The notes below the pieces were generated by a model. It had not been told where the DNA came from. It worked only from the letters and a program-made list of their open reading frames with translations, and did not search any database. 64,000 nucleotides of DNA from Oscillatoria princeps RMCB-10. Its GTDB lineage: Bacteria > Cyanobacteriota > Cyanobacteriia > Cyanobacteriales > Oscillatoriaceae. Shown here piece by piece: positions 9,663-19,823 of this stretch (the first letter of the stretch is position 1; the number at the start of each line of letters is the position of its first letter). The stretch is from the NCBI GenBank assembly GCA_019359235.1, contig JAHHHT010000012.1, forward strand, positions 131,648 to 195,647, read 5' to 3'. A program made the position numbers and the translations under genes.

Positions 9663-9866
9663 ATGCCCTGGAGCGAAAACGACTATCCAGCCGCGCTCGA
9701 GAACCTCACCGAAGAGGTGAGGGACAAGGCCATTGAGATAGCAAATGCTTTACTGGAAGAAAAGGATTGCGATCGAGGTAGGGCGATTCCGATCGCTATC
9801 GCTCAAGCTGAGGAATGGGCCAGCCGGCGCGGCAAGCCGGTCAAACAGCGAGACTATACCGATTGA
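9663..9866 (+). CDS. small conserved hypothetical protein
   Basis: 67-aa ORF with a helical, charged, protein-like composition. No family assigned. Confidence 0.4.
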   Translation: MPWSENDYPAALENLTEEVRDKAIEIANALLEEKDCDRGRAIPIAIAQAEEWASRRGKPVKQRDYTD

Positions 9867-9926
9867 TGCTATTTTCTAATAAGTCAGCGTTCTGCGGCAA
9901 CCTCAACAAGCTTAAGGAAATAGAAA

Positions 9927-10718
9927 ATGCTGGAGCTATATCAATCTGAACTGTCCCCGCACAGCGAGAAAGTGCGGCTGATGCTGGACTACAAAGGGCT
10001 GGCGTACCGCAAAATTGAAGTGACACCGGGCGTGGGACAGCTAGAAGTCTACCGGCTCTCCGGTCAGCCCCAGGTGCCGGTGCTCAAGGACGGTAATGTA
10101 GTTGTAGCCGATTCTACAGAAATCGCCAAATATCTAGACCGGCAGTATCCAGACCGCCCCCTGATTCCCGCCGGTGACAAACAGCGGGGGCTGTGCCTGC
10201 TCATGGAAGAATGGGCGGACGAGTCGATTGGGGCGAAAAGTCAGACGCTGCTGTTTTCCGCCCTCAGCTCTGACGGGAGCTTCCGCAGCGCCCTCTTGCC
10301 ACCGGCAACCCCGGATTTCCTCAGAACCCTCGTGGAAGCCGTTCCGGGGGATCTGCTCAAGGCGCTCGGCACCGGCATCGGCGCGGGCTCTGACGCCGTG
10401 AGCGCCGCTATGGAAGCCATCAAGCAAGACTTGGAAGCCCTCTGCTTGCTGCTGCAAGACAGCCCCTATTTGGTGGGCTCCCAGCCGACTTTAGCAGATT
10501 TTGCCGTAGCTGGGCTGTCGATGTTCCTCAAGTTCCCAGAGGGACAGTATCTGGATATTCCAGAAAAGCTCAAAGGCAAAGGCGTGCCCGGAATTGCTGA
10601 CAATTCCCTCTACGCACCGTTTTTCTCCTGGCGAGATCGCCTTTATGACCAATATCGCCAACCCCTGATGCCCACCGGCACCACCGGCTCTGTGCCAACT
10701 TCGATTCAAATAGAATAG
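9927..10718 (+). CDS. glutathione S-transferase family protein
   Basis: N-terminal thioredoxin-like GST fold: LYQSELSPHSEKVRLML...VPVLKDGNVVVADSTEIAKYLD. Confidence 0.75.
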   Translation: MLELYQSELSPHSEKVRLMLDYKGLAYRKIEVTPGVGQLEVYRLSGQPQVPVLKDGNVVVADSTEIAKYLDRQYPDRPLIPAGDKQRGLCLLMEEWADESIGAKSQTLLFSALSSDGSFRSALLPPATPDFLRTLVEAVPGDLLKALGTGIGAGSDAVSAAMEAIKQDLEALCLLLQDSPYLVGSQPTLADFAVAGLSMFLKFPEGQYLDIPEKLKGKGVPGIADNSLYAPFFSWRDRLYDQYRQPLMPTGTTGSVPTSIQIE

Positions 10719-11153
10719 TGGGATTGGGGTGCGTGACGCCGGGGAAGCAACCTATTTCTGCGGGGAGATCGGGTGAGGCGCGCGCACCCTACCAGGGAGA
10801 ATAACAGGAGTGCGGTGCCAACCGAACCACGCGAACACACCTTATTGATGGGGTGCTTTGGGTGATGCAGAAGGCACCCAACCTCCGCAAGAGATCCCAC
10901 CGGCTGCAAAAAATGCCGGTGGGTTTTGAATTTTCAACCGCCTCCCCTGAAGCACCCCACGCCCTGACAAAGGGCGTTTCCCCTCGCTCCCCCGCTCCGT
11001 CAGGGAGCCAGCGAGGGGAGGAGCTGCCTCCCATTCTACCACAAGCCGGTTCAACCCCTGCTTCCTGTTTCCAGAGGGAAAAAACCTTACCTCTGCTAGC
11101 TAGAAAATCAAAATTGATCGTAAGATCAGCCAGAAGGTTGAGAGATTAGAGCG

Positions 11154-12884
11154 ATGAATCTAGACAAACCACTGGGCTCGGTTATTCAAGGTTCTCTCAG
11201 TGAAGGGGTGGAAGTCCGGCTGCATCCTGACATCTCCGTCGAAGAAATGCGGGTGGGCAAGTTTTTGGTGGTGCAAGGGGTGCGAGCGCAGTTTTTTTGC
11301 ATGCTCACCGATGTCATCCTGGGAACCTCTAGCCCCCGCATTCTCGCCGATCCCCCCCTCGCCAGCGACACTTTGCTGCAGGAAATTCTGGCGGGAAGCA
11401 GCACCTACGGCACCCTGCAGCTCGCCCTCATGCTGATGTTCACCCCACCAAACCCGGAAAAAGCCCTCCGCAACTCCGCCCTTCAGTCAAAAGCGAGCAA
11501 AGCAGCGAAATCGGGGCTGGCGTCGTTTGAGGCGCAAACCAGCAGTGACATCGAATTGCTGCCGGTGAAGACAATTCCCAGCCACTTCTCGCAGGTTTAT
11601 GAAGCCACCGAGGAAGACTTTCGCTGCGTTTTCGGTTGGGAAGACGATCCCTACCGGCGCAACTTCGCGATCGGAAAACCCCTTGACATGGACGTGCCGG
11701 TGTGTGTCGATCTCGACCGGTTCGTCGAGCGCAGTAACGGAGTTTTCGGCAAATCCGGCACCGGCAAGTCTTTTCTCACCCGCCTGCTGCTGTCTGGCAT
11801 TATCCGCAAGCAAGCGGCGGTGAATCTTATTTTTGACATGCACTCCGAGTATGGCTGGGAAGCCGTTTCGGAAGGCAAGCAGTGCAGCACTGTCAAAGGT
11901 TTGCGCCAGCTTTTTCCCGGTCAGGTTGAAATTTACACCCTCGACCCCATTTCTACAAAAAGTCGCGGCGTGCGCGACGCCCAAGAACTGTATCTGAGCT
12001 ACGACCAAATTGAGGTCGAAGATATCGCCCTGGTGCAGCGCGAGCTAAATCTTTCCGAAGTCGCCCTGGAAAATGCTTTGATTCTCCGCAACGAGCTTGG
12101 CAACTCCTGGATTAGAGAGCTGCTGCTGATGAGCAATGAGGAGATTCAGGAATTCTGCGAGACGAAGAAAGGAAACAAGGCTTCTATTGGGGCGCTGCAG
12201 CGCAAGCTCGTGCGTCTGGAGGATCTGAAATACATGCGCGAGAAGGGGTCTAAAAATTACATCAGCCAGATTTTGAACTCCCTGGATGCCGGCAAGCATG
12301 TTGTGATTGAGTTTGGCTCCCACGCGGATATGCTATCATACATGATGGTGACTAATATGATATCCCGCCGGATTCACGCTAGCTATGTGCGCAAGTCCGA
12401 GAAGTTTTTGCGCACGAAAAATCCCAACGAGCGCCCCCGACAGCTGGTGATTACTATCGAAGAAGCCCACCGCTTTCTCGACCCCACTATCGTCCGCTCC
12501 ACGATTTTTGGCACCATCGCTCGCGAGATGCGGAAATATTTTGTTACCCTTTTGATAGTCGATCAGCGCCCTTCGGGCATTGATAATGAGATTATGTCTC
12601 AGATTGGCACCCGCATCACCGCTTTGCTCAACGATCAAAAAGACATTGACGCCATTTTCACCGGCGTCTCCGGAGCCGCCGGTTTGCGCTCTGTTTTGGC
12701 CAAGCTGGATTCCAAGCAACAAGCACTGGTTCTCGGACACGCCGTACCGATGCCGGTGGTGGTGCAAACTCGCCCCTACGACGAAACCTTCTACAGGGAA
12801 ATTGGCGAGATGGATTGGGAAAATATGCCAACCGAACTTGTGATGGAAGAAAGTGAATCCGCTATGGCGGATCTGGGTTTCTAG
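11154..12884 (+). CDS. HerA/FtsK-like P-loop ATPase (DUF87-type), no partner nuclease nearby
   Basis: 576 aa. Walker A GKSGTGKSF. Walker B LVITIEEAHRF. Motif LIVDQRPSGID. N-terminal barrel-like domain. Confidence 0.7.
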   Translation: MNLDKPLGSVIQGSLSEGVEVRLHPDISVEEMRVGKFLVVQGVRAQFFCMLTDVILGTSSPRILADPPLASDTLLQEILAGSSTYGTLQLALMLMFTPPNPEKALRNSALQSKASKAAKSGLASFEAQTSSDIELLPVKTIPSHFSQVYEATEEDFRCVFGWEDDPYRRNFAIGKPLDMDVPVCVDLDRFVERSNGVFGKSGTGKSFLTRLLLSGIIRKQAAVNLIFDMHSEYGWEAVSEGKQCSTVKGLRQLFPGQVEIYTLDPISTKSRGVRDAQELYLSYDQIEVEDIALVQRELNLSEVALENALILRNELGNSWIRELLLMSNEEIQEFCETKKGNKASIGALQRKLVRLEDLKYMREKGSKNYISQILNSLDAGKHVVIEFGSHADMLSYMMVTNMISRRIHASYVRKSEKFLRTKNPNERPRQLVITIEEAHRFLDPTIVRSTIFGTIAREMRKYFVTLLIVDQRPSGIDNEIMSQIGTRITALLNDQKDIDAIFTGVSGAAGLRSVLAKLDSKQQALVLGHAVPMPVVVQTRPYDETFYREIGEMDWENMPTELVMEESESAMADLGF

Positions 12885-12900
12885 TAGGGGCGTGGGGTGT

Positions 12901-12995
12901 GGGCATCACGCAAAAGGGCATCACGCAAAAGGGCGATTGGGCATGGGTTGAATTATCAACTTTTCTTCTAAACCCTAACCCCTAAACCCTAAACT
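12901..12995. repeat. short tandem repeats: 17-mer GGGCATCACGCAAAAGG x2, then CCCTAA(A/C) heptamers
   Basis: gggcatcacgcaaaagggcatcacgcaaaagggcg at 12901-12935. aaaccctaacccctaaaccctaaac at 12961-12990. Confidence 0.6.
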
Positions 12996-13259
12996 CTGGC
13001 GTCCCACATTCGTGGGATGATAATGTATGTAGGGGCAGGCACAGGGGCGATCGGGGTCAACTTAAGAGCCGGGCGATGGAAAGAGATGCTGTTGGCGAAT
13101 CCGTGAGGGGTTAGGGAAGGGTTGGGGGCGGGTTTTTCGGCGTTGGGGCTGTGTGGGCACAGGTTGCCGGTGAGCCCCGCCCCTACATCCCTTTCCTGAT
13201 TTCCTCGTTCCGGGCTTCAGCTGGGAATGAGACAGAGTATTTCAACCGCCCAGTTCAAC

Positions 13260-14006
13260 TTAAGTTGACACTAATGGCACAGGGGCACTTTGGGAGCATC
13301 CCATTTTTGTAAGTGCAGCAGGCCGTATCCCTGTACGAATAAAGGTGCGCACCGAGAGACCTTCCCACAGCTGACCTGCATAGAAGGGCGAACTGTAGCT
13401 AAACGACGTGATATAGGGGCTATAAGCGGTCAGCTTACGCCCCGTATCGATCGCGGCTGCGGCTGACATATCTGCCAGAGCCAAATTGAGGTCGGGACCA
13501 TAGGTGAGCATCGCCACATGTTCCGTTTGGTATGTCGGGTCGTCGCGGCGCAGCTCCTGCTCATAATTATTGAGCGGCGGAGCGTAGATATATTTTGTCT
13601 GGTAGGGATTGAAGCTGGTCAGCACAGCAGTAAAGCCACATGCCTCAGCCAGCGCACGCAGACATGCAAAGTTATGCCTCAATTCTTCGACAGCCCCTTG
13701 AATACTTGGGTGAATCGTCGTGCGAATCTCAATGCCTTTGGGGTCAAAATGGAGCGGCGCACCAGTTTCAGAGAAGCGTTCGATACCCTCAATATACCAA
13801 CGTTTCTTGCGAATTACTGCATCTCCAACATAGAGCTGCGGGTAATCGCTGGGGTAAAGCGGCAATTGTGCAATAATGTGGTCGAGATCGGCAAAGGTAG
13901 CCGTCGTCCAATCAACAAATAGACCCGCACTATCGAGAAAAGCAACTTCGTGTTCAATTCCAAAAGTGAACATCATCAAATTCCGCTCGAAGTAACATCC
14001 AGGCAA
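13260..14006 (-). CDS. hypothetical protein, possibly GCS2-family carboxylate-amine ligase-like (C-terminally short)
   Basis: The N-terminus FTFGIEHEVAFLD resembles the YbdK/GCS2 motif FTLGIELE. At 248 aa it is shorter than typical and the C-terminal tail looks non-protein-like, so a frameshift or pseudogene is possible. Confidence 0.45.
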   Translation of the reverse strand: MPGCYFERNLMMFTFGIEHEVAFLDSAGLFVDWTTATFADLDHIIAQLPLYPSDYPQLYVGDAVIRKKRWYIEGIERFSETGAPLHFDPKGIEIRTTIHPSIQGAVEELRHNFACLRALAEACGFTAVLTSFNPYQTKYIYAPPLNNYEQELRRDDPTYQTEHVAMLTYGPDLNLALADMSAAAAIDTGRKLTAYSPYITSFSYSSPFYAGQLWEGLSVRTFIRTGIRPAALTKMGCSQSAPVPLVST

Positions 14007-14050
14007 GCGAATATGCGCTCTAGCGATTCTCTATAATTTGGATAAATATC

Positions 14051-14174
14051 AGAAACCAGGTTGGTTTGATAACCCGGGTTTCTGGGGGCTGACTTATTGT
14101 CCCATTCTTTTATACCGGCTCTCATATTAGTGAGGTACTTAGAAACCCGGTTTCTTTAAGAAACCGGGTTTCCC
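14051..14174. repeat. cluster of three GAAACC(C)GGGTTTC palindromic elements
   Basis: agaaaccaggttggtttgataacccgggtttct at 14051-14083. agaaacccggtttctttaagaaaccgggtttccc at 14141-14174. Confidence 0.6.
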
Positions 14175-15250
14175 GGACGTAGTTCATCCAACTGAGAACC
14201 GCTATATGTCGGCTTGCTTAACCGTAAGCCCGCAGATCTGCGGGCGCGAATTAGCAACAAATTTTATATCAAATGTGTCTCACTAGAAAATGCGACTGGT
14301 AACAAACTTCGCCGCCCGGATAATAATATAGCGCGGTATAAATCTGAGTGAGAGTCCACCGGCTCGCTGCCGGTGGGGTGCCGCCCTCTCAGCTGCCGGT
14401 ACCTGCCCCTTGGCAGAAATTTTTGCCAAAAATAGCATGCCGGCTGCCAATTGTCAATCCCCCCGCCCTCTGACAGCAGCGCCGCTTTTGCTGGCTGGCG
14501 CAACGAAACGTCGGGGAGCAGGTTGAGCAATCTCACCGTCTGGTTATCACCCTATTTCCAGCCGCCACAGGTTCGGCAATCGCGAGCCAGTGGGACTTCC
14601 CAGTTGCCGGTGGGTAGGTCATCATAGGAATAAGGAGGATTCTACAGTGTCAGTAGTTTGTCATACAGAAAGATTTTCCTGCCAACGTGGCTACACTCTC
14701 AGCTGCTATTAAGCCAGAATTGGACAGATGTTGCGTGTCAGGTCTGTAGAAGCCCCCATGTTACCCACAGCAGACTCGCCGCAAGCGAAGTGGCTGGCTG
14801 CCTCCGATCGGGGCGGCCAAAGCGGGAGGCAGCGGCCTTCAGAGTGCCTGCATGTCAGCGTTTCCTCATTTAGGAGACTGTCTGCAAATCTACCCTGCGG
14901 GGGATTCGCCCCAGAGCCTTTTCCAATTATATGTAGAAAAGCTTAATTTTACCGGCATTTTGGGGAAAGCTTAAGAATATAAGAGTTGAGGAGCAACCCC
15001 TGACTGTTTACAGGCGTCTAAATGTGGAATACTATAGAAGAAGGCAAACTCATACCGACTTCGAGTTTTAAGCACCTGTCACCCCGTACTGTCTGTTGCC
15101 GGTGTGGCGGCCAGGGGTGGCCGCCTGAGCGCTAAACCGACGCGAGCGAGCTTCTCACAGCTTCAACCGACTGAAACGCGCTCTCCTGCCCTGAGAGTGG
15201 GGCAGGTGAATGAACCTTTAATTTCTATTTAGGGAGTTCACGACTCACTC

Positions 15251-16255
15251 ATGCCCACAGCAAAGAACCGTACCATGACTGCCAACCCCACTTACATGGG
15301 CGCACGGCCCTCTGCACCGGCTGATATCGTGCGCACCTATCTGCACGAGATCGGACGGGTGCCGCTGCTGACCCACGAGCAAGAAATTGTCTTGGGCAAG
15401 CAGGTGCAGCAAATGATGGCGCTGATTGAAGCGAAAGAAGCGCTGGCGTCCGAGCTCGATCGCGAACCCACTCCGCAAGAGTGGGCAGCTCGCTTGGAGC
15501 TTTCGGAAGCCGAGCTGAACCGGCTCGTGCACCAGGGACAGCGTGCGAAGCAAAAGATGATTGAAGCCAACTTGCGCCTGGTGGTGGCGATCGCCAAGAA
15601 ATACCAGAAGCGCAATCTGGAGTTGCTCGACCTGATCCAAGAAGGCACACTCGGTTTGGAACGAGGGGTAGAAAAATTTGACCCCACGCGGGGTTACAAG
15701 TTTTCCACCTACGCCTACTGGTGGATTCGTCAAGCGATCACCCGCGCCATCGCCCAGCAGGCTCGCACGATTCGCCTGCCGATCCACATCACCGAAAAAC
15801 TTAACAAAATCAAAAAAGTCCAGCGAGAACTCACCCAGCAGCTGGGGCGGAGCGCTACCCCGGCTGAAATTGGCCAAGCCCTCGATTTAGAGCCGTCTCA
15901 GATCCGGGAGTATCTGACGATGGCCCGCCACCCGATTTCCCTGGACATCCGCGTCGGGGACAACCACGACACGGAACTGCAAGACCTGCTCGAAGATGAA
16001 GCCGCCTCGCCGGAGAACTTCACCACCCAGGAATTGCTGCGCCAAGACCTCGACAACCTGCTTGCCGAACTGACGCAGCAGCAGCGGGAAGTGATTACCC
16101 TGCGCTTTGGCCTCAAGGACGGTCGCGAGCTGTCCCTGGCCAAAGTCGGGGAGCGACTGAGCCTGAGCCGGGAGCGGGTGCGCCAGCTGGAACATCAAGC
16201 CCTGGCTCAGCTGCGCCGCCGGCAGGCCAACGTCCGGGAATATCTCGCCAGCTAG
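15251..16255 (+). CDS. RNA polymerase sigma factor, group 2 (RpoD/SigB-E-like)
   Basis: 334 aa with full regions 1.2, 2, 3 and 4: [56 protein letters not shown]. Confidence 0.9.
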   Translation: MPTAKNRTMTANPTYMGARPSAPADIVRTYLHEIGRVPLLTHEQEIVLGKQVQQMMALIEAKEALASELDREPTPQEWAARLELSEAELNRLVHQGQRAKQKMIEANLRLVVAIAKKYQKRNLELLDLIQEGTLGLERGVEKFDPTRGYKFSTYAYWWIRQAITRAIAQQARTIRLPIHITEKLNKIKKVQRELTQQLGRSATPAEIGQALDLEPSQIREYLTMARHPISLDIRVGDNHDTELQDLLEDEAASPENFTTQELLRQDLDNLLAELTQQQREVITLRFGLKDGRELSLAKVGERLSLSRERVRQLEHQALAQLRRRQANVREYLAS

Positions 16256-16324
16256 TCGGGCGGTCAGTTTTTGAACTAGCCGCTTGGCCTTGCGCTCCTC
16301 ACCGAGCGCCGGAAAAAAATAGGG

Positions 16325-16358
16325 CTGGGAGCAGCAACTGCTCCCAGCTCGATTTTTT
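16325..16358 (+). terminator. rho-independent terminator of the sigma-factor gene
   Basis: CTGGGAGCAG-CAA-CTGCTCCCAG stem-loop followed by CTCGATTTTTTG. Confidence 0.7.
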
Positions 16359-16634
16359 GTTAATATTTGTAAACGAATTCGGCAATCAAAGGCGACGGGC
16401 GTGAAGGCAAAGCTGAAAACAGGGCGCAAATCCGCCCGGATTCTCAACTCATACCAATTTTGGATTTTGGATGCAAGGATTTTGGATTGGACAAGGCGGC
16501 AGTAAAGCCTTTCCAGCCCCAGGGGAAAATACTATCGATCCCAACTTGGGATCAGAACGTCTCACTGGAAAACCCAGAGGGAAAAAACCAGGGTGCACAA
16601 CCGGTTTGTCCGCTTTAGCTCACCGTGGCACAAA

Positions 16635-17162
16635 ATGCTAAACTGGTTTGATTGGCCTAGCTTAGCGCTCCTCCCAGCTTTGGGGCTAGCCGCGAATGGC
16701 CTCTGCACCGCACTCACTGCTTCCGACGCCCTTGCGGCTTTTGGGCTAGACACTGCCCAGCCGCCCCCAAAGCAAACGGTTCACCCCACTGCAGGCGGAC
16801 CGGTGCGGGACCCCGCAATGCCTGCTGAGGAACAAGCTTTAGCCGATGGGGTTTACCACTACGGCGAGTCCGCCGAGCCCGAACAGATAGGCAAAGTCTA
16901 TATGGTGTTTGAGGTGCGCCGGGGCTTGGCCATTGGAGCATTTTACATGCCCAGCTCCTCCTTTGACTGTTTTTACGGCAGCGCCTGGCCGCAGCGACTC
17001 GACCTCACCATTGTCAGCAGCTACGAACAAACGACCTATTCCTACTCCGTCCCCCTCGACGAGTTTCAGCCCGTCCCCACCGTCAGCGACAACGACGAGC
17101 GGATCTTGAGGGTGTGCACGGACACCTATCAAGAGCGGGTGTGGCAGCAGGAAACTCCCTAG
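16635..17162 (+). CDS. secreted hypothetical protein
   Basis: ORF 16593..17162 in the track. Likely start at MLNWFDW (16635) with a signal peptide. No family recognised. Confidence 0.4.
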   Translation: MLNWFDWPSLALLPALGLAANGLCTALTASDALAAFGLDTAQPPPKQTVHPTAGGPVRDPAMPAEEQALADGVYHYGESAEPEQIGKVYMVFEVRRGLAIGAFYMPSSSFDCFYGSAWPQRLDLTIVSSYEQTTYSYSVPLDEFQPVPTVSDNDERILRVCTDTYQERVWQQETP

Positions 17163-17167
17163 CCCCC

Positions 17168-17947
17168 TCAATACTCAATCCCCGGTTGCGCCTTGACGCC
17201 TTGCTCCCGAAAGGGATGCTTGATCAAAGTCATCTCAGTTACCAAGTCCGCCCGCTCAATTAGGGCTGCCGGTGCCCCCCTGCCGGTGAGGATCGCGTGG
17301 GTGTCAGCCGGCTTTTCTGCCAAACCGGCAATCACTTCCTGAACGTCCAAATACCCCAGCTTCATTGCTACATTGATTTCATCGAGCAGCACCAGCTTAA
17401 ACTCCGGGTTGCTCAGAAATGCCTTCCCCGTTTGCCAAGCGAGCTGGGCTTTCTCAGTATCCCGCTCCCTGTCTTGGGTTTCCCAGGTAAAGCCCTCTCC
17501 GAGGGCCCGGAACTCTATCTGGGAGCCCCACCGCTCCAGCACCGCTTTTTCCGCCGGCTCCCACGCCCCTTTGATGAATTGCACAATCGCCACGCGGTAG
17601 CCGTGTCCCAGAGAGCGCAGCACCATGCCCAGCGCCGCTGTGGTTTTGCCCTTGCCATTGCCGGTGTGGACAATAATTAACCCTTTTTCCAGACTTCGCT
17701 CCGCCAGTCGCTTCTCCTGCACCTGCTTGCGCCGCTGCATCTTCTGCCGGTGCTGCTCCTCTGTCAGCAATGCCGGTGCCAAGGGCGCTGGGGCATCCGC
17801 TTCCAAGTTTTCACCGCCGTCCAAATCTGTCTTCGCGTTCATACCCACCTGCCGCGCTCCCTTGTTTAGCCCGCACGCCACTCCCACACCTGCCAAGCAA
17901 CTCGCTCCCAGGTTCCCTCTTCTATATCTTGCGGAAGTGCCGGTCAC
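17168..17947 (-). CDS. cobO: cob(I)yrinic acid a,c-diamide adenosyltransferase (ATP:corrinoid adenosyltransferase)
   Basis: P-loop IVHTGNGKGKTTAALG. AIVQFIKG. LVLLDEINVA. N-terminal extension, so the true start may be an internal Met. Confidence 0.85.
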   Translation of the reverse strand: MTGTSARYRRGNLGASCLAGVGVACGLNKGARQVGMNAKTDLDGGENLEADAPAPLAPALLTEEQHRQKMQRRKQVQEKRLAERSLEKGLIIVHTGNGKGKTTAALGMVLRSLGHGYRVAIVQFIKGAWEPAEKAVLERWGSQIEFRALGEGFTWETQDRERDTEKAQLAWQTGKAFLSNPEFKLVLLDEINVAMKLGYLDVQEVIAGLAEKPADTHAILTGRGAPAALIERADLVTEMTLIKHPFREQGVKAQPGIEY

Positions 17948-18155
17948 AGTTAATGATAAACCGGTTAAGCTGAGATTAAGACTGAGTTAAGAAAAACAGG
18001 GCAGATGAAATCCGTTTAACCAGCTATCAGGGCCATTCGCATCAATCCCGTGGCCATCGCCGGCCCGGTGAAGGCCACCGGCGGCAGCAACCCCGACCGG
18101 CACGCTGTTGCCGGTGACTCAGTTACAATTAAAACGCATACATAATTATTATATA

Positions 18156-18431
18156 ATGGAGAGAGCTATGGCAGACACCAGAGATTTTCTATCTCCTCGC
18201 AGTCGCTACCACGGCAAATTCACGCCGCAAAACTTGGCTTTTGATGCGAATCTGCAGGAGTTCGCTCAAAAAGTGAGCATCATCTGCGCCTTAGAAACCG
18301 GTGGCAAGCTCTCCTCAGAACAAGCCTACGAGGAAATTCGCACCCTCTGGCACCGGCTGAAAACATCGAAAAAACATCTGGGAATTGGCGAGCCACCCCC
18401 TGAGGCCAGCGAGGATAAAAGTGAAGGATGA
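18156..18431 (+). CDS. small conserved hypothetical protein
   Basis: Track ORF 18108..18431. The likely start is MERAMADTRDF. No domain recognised. Confidence 0.4.
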   Translation: MERAMADTRDFLSPRSRYHGKFTPQNLAFDANLQEFAQKVSIICALETGGKLSSEQAYEEIRTLWHRLKTSKKHLGIGEPPPEASEDKSEG

Positions 18432-18473
18432 GCGGAGAAGGGAGAAAGCAGAAAGTAGGGGCACCCACAAGGG

Positions 18474-19778
18474 GTGCCCCTGCATCCTTTAAACTGGCAA
18501 GCAGCAGGTTATGAATCTGGGAAGAAGGCCATGTTGCCGGTATTAGAAGCGGAGTCAATCATTTTCAAGTTAGTGCAGCCTCTCGATGCCGGGCGGGATG
18601 TCGAGGTGGTGGACTTGCTTTCAGCAAACGGTCGCATTTTAGCCGTGCCGGTGAGCAGCGACCTCGATTTTCCCCACTGGGACAATTCCGCGATGGACGG
18701 GTATGCGGTGCGATATGATGATGTGGCCGGCTGCAGCGCTTCGCAACCGGCAACCCTGGATATTATAGAGGAAATTCCCGCAGGTGTCAAGCCCCGCTGG
18801 GAAATTCAGCCCGGGCAAGCGGCGCGAATCCTCACCGGCTCGATGATGCCGGCGGGTGCGGATACGGTGGTGATGCAGGAGGAGACGCGGCGGGAGGGCT
18901 CTCGCGTGTTTATCTTGGCCGCACCGGCACAGCGCGGGGCTTGCGTGCGCCACCGGGGGTGTTTCTACAAGGCGGGGACACCGCTGCTGCCCGAGGGCAT
19001 CGCCCTGGGGGCACCGGAAATAGCCGTGCTGGCTCAGGGGAGGTTAGCGATTGTGCCGGTGTGGCGGCGTCCGAGGGTGGCGATTCTCTCCACCGGCAAT
19101 GAGTTGGTGACGCCCGACCAGCCCCTGCAACCGGGCCAAATTGCCGACTCCAACCAGTACGCTCTGGCTGCTGCAGTGGCTAGTGCCGGCGGAGTGCCGG
19201 TGCCCCTGGGCATTGTTGAGGACGATCCGCAGGCGCTCGCAGAGGCAATTGCGCGAGCGGTGGCGGGCGCGGATATGGTGCTGTCCACCGGCGGCGTCTC
19301 TGTGGGGGATTACGATTACGTCGAGGAAATTCTCGCTCAGCTGGGAGCGGAAATTCACATCGGGTCTGTGGCGGTCAAACCGGGCAAACCCCTGACTGTA
19401 GCTAAATTTTCGCCGTCAGGCACCCAGCCCGCAGTCTTGTACTTTGGGCTGCCGGGAAATCCGGTTTCAACCTTGGTGACGTTTTGGCGGTTTGTCGGGC
19501 CGGCGCTGAAAAAGCTGGCCGGTCTGAAAGACGGTTGGGGGCCGGTATTTGTGCGGGCGCGTTCGCGACAGGAGTTGCGCTCGGATGGCAAGCGGGAATC
19601 TTACCTGTGGGGGAAGCTGCAATTAGTCGATGGCGCTTGGGAGTTTGAGCTTGCCGGTGGGAGTCACAGTTCTGGGAATTTGATTAATTTGGCGCTGTGT
19701 TCGGGTCTGGCGGTGGTGCCGGTGGGTGAAACGCTGATTCCGGCTGGAGAGCCGGTGCTGGTTATGCAGGTGGGATGA
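18474..19778 (+). CDS. moeA: molybdopterin molybdotransferase MoeA (gephyrin E-domain-like)
   Basis: MoeA motifs NSAMDGYAV, GADTVVMQE, LSTGGVSVGDYDYV, GLPGNPVS. The start may be at MLPVLE (18531). Confidence 0.85.
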   Translation: MPLHPLNWQAAGYESGKKAMLPVLEAESIIFKLVQPLDAGRDVEVVDLLSANGRILAVPVSSDLDFPHWDNSAMDGYAVRYDDVAGCSASQPATLDIIEEIPAGVKPRWEIQPGQAARILTGSMMPAGADTVVMQEETRREGSRVFILAAPAQRGACVRHRGCFYKAGTPLLPEGIALGAPEIAVLAQGRLAIVPVWRRPRVAILSTGNELVTPDQPLQPGQIADSNQYALAAAVASAGGVPVPLGIVEDDPQALAEAIARAVAGADMVLSTGGVSVGDYDYVEEILAQLGAEIHIGSVAVKPGKPLTVAKFSPSGTQPAVLYFGLPGNPVSTLVTFWRFVGPALKKLAGLKDGWGPVFVRARSRQELRSDGKRESYLWGKLQLVDGAWEFELAGGSHSSGNLINLALCSGLAVVPVGETLIPAGEPVLVMQVG

Positions 19779-19823
19779 GCCAAACAGCCAAAGGCTAAGA
19801 AATGGTGCTATTCTTAAATCGGG

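Noticed and set aside
11487-12767. Minus-strand ORFs 11487..12008, 12045..12323 and 12336..12767
   Set aside because: Antisense shadows of the HerA-like ATPase gene.
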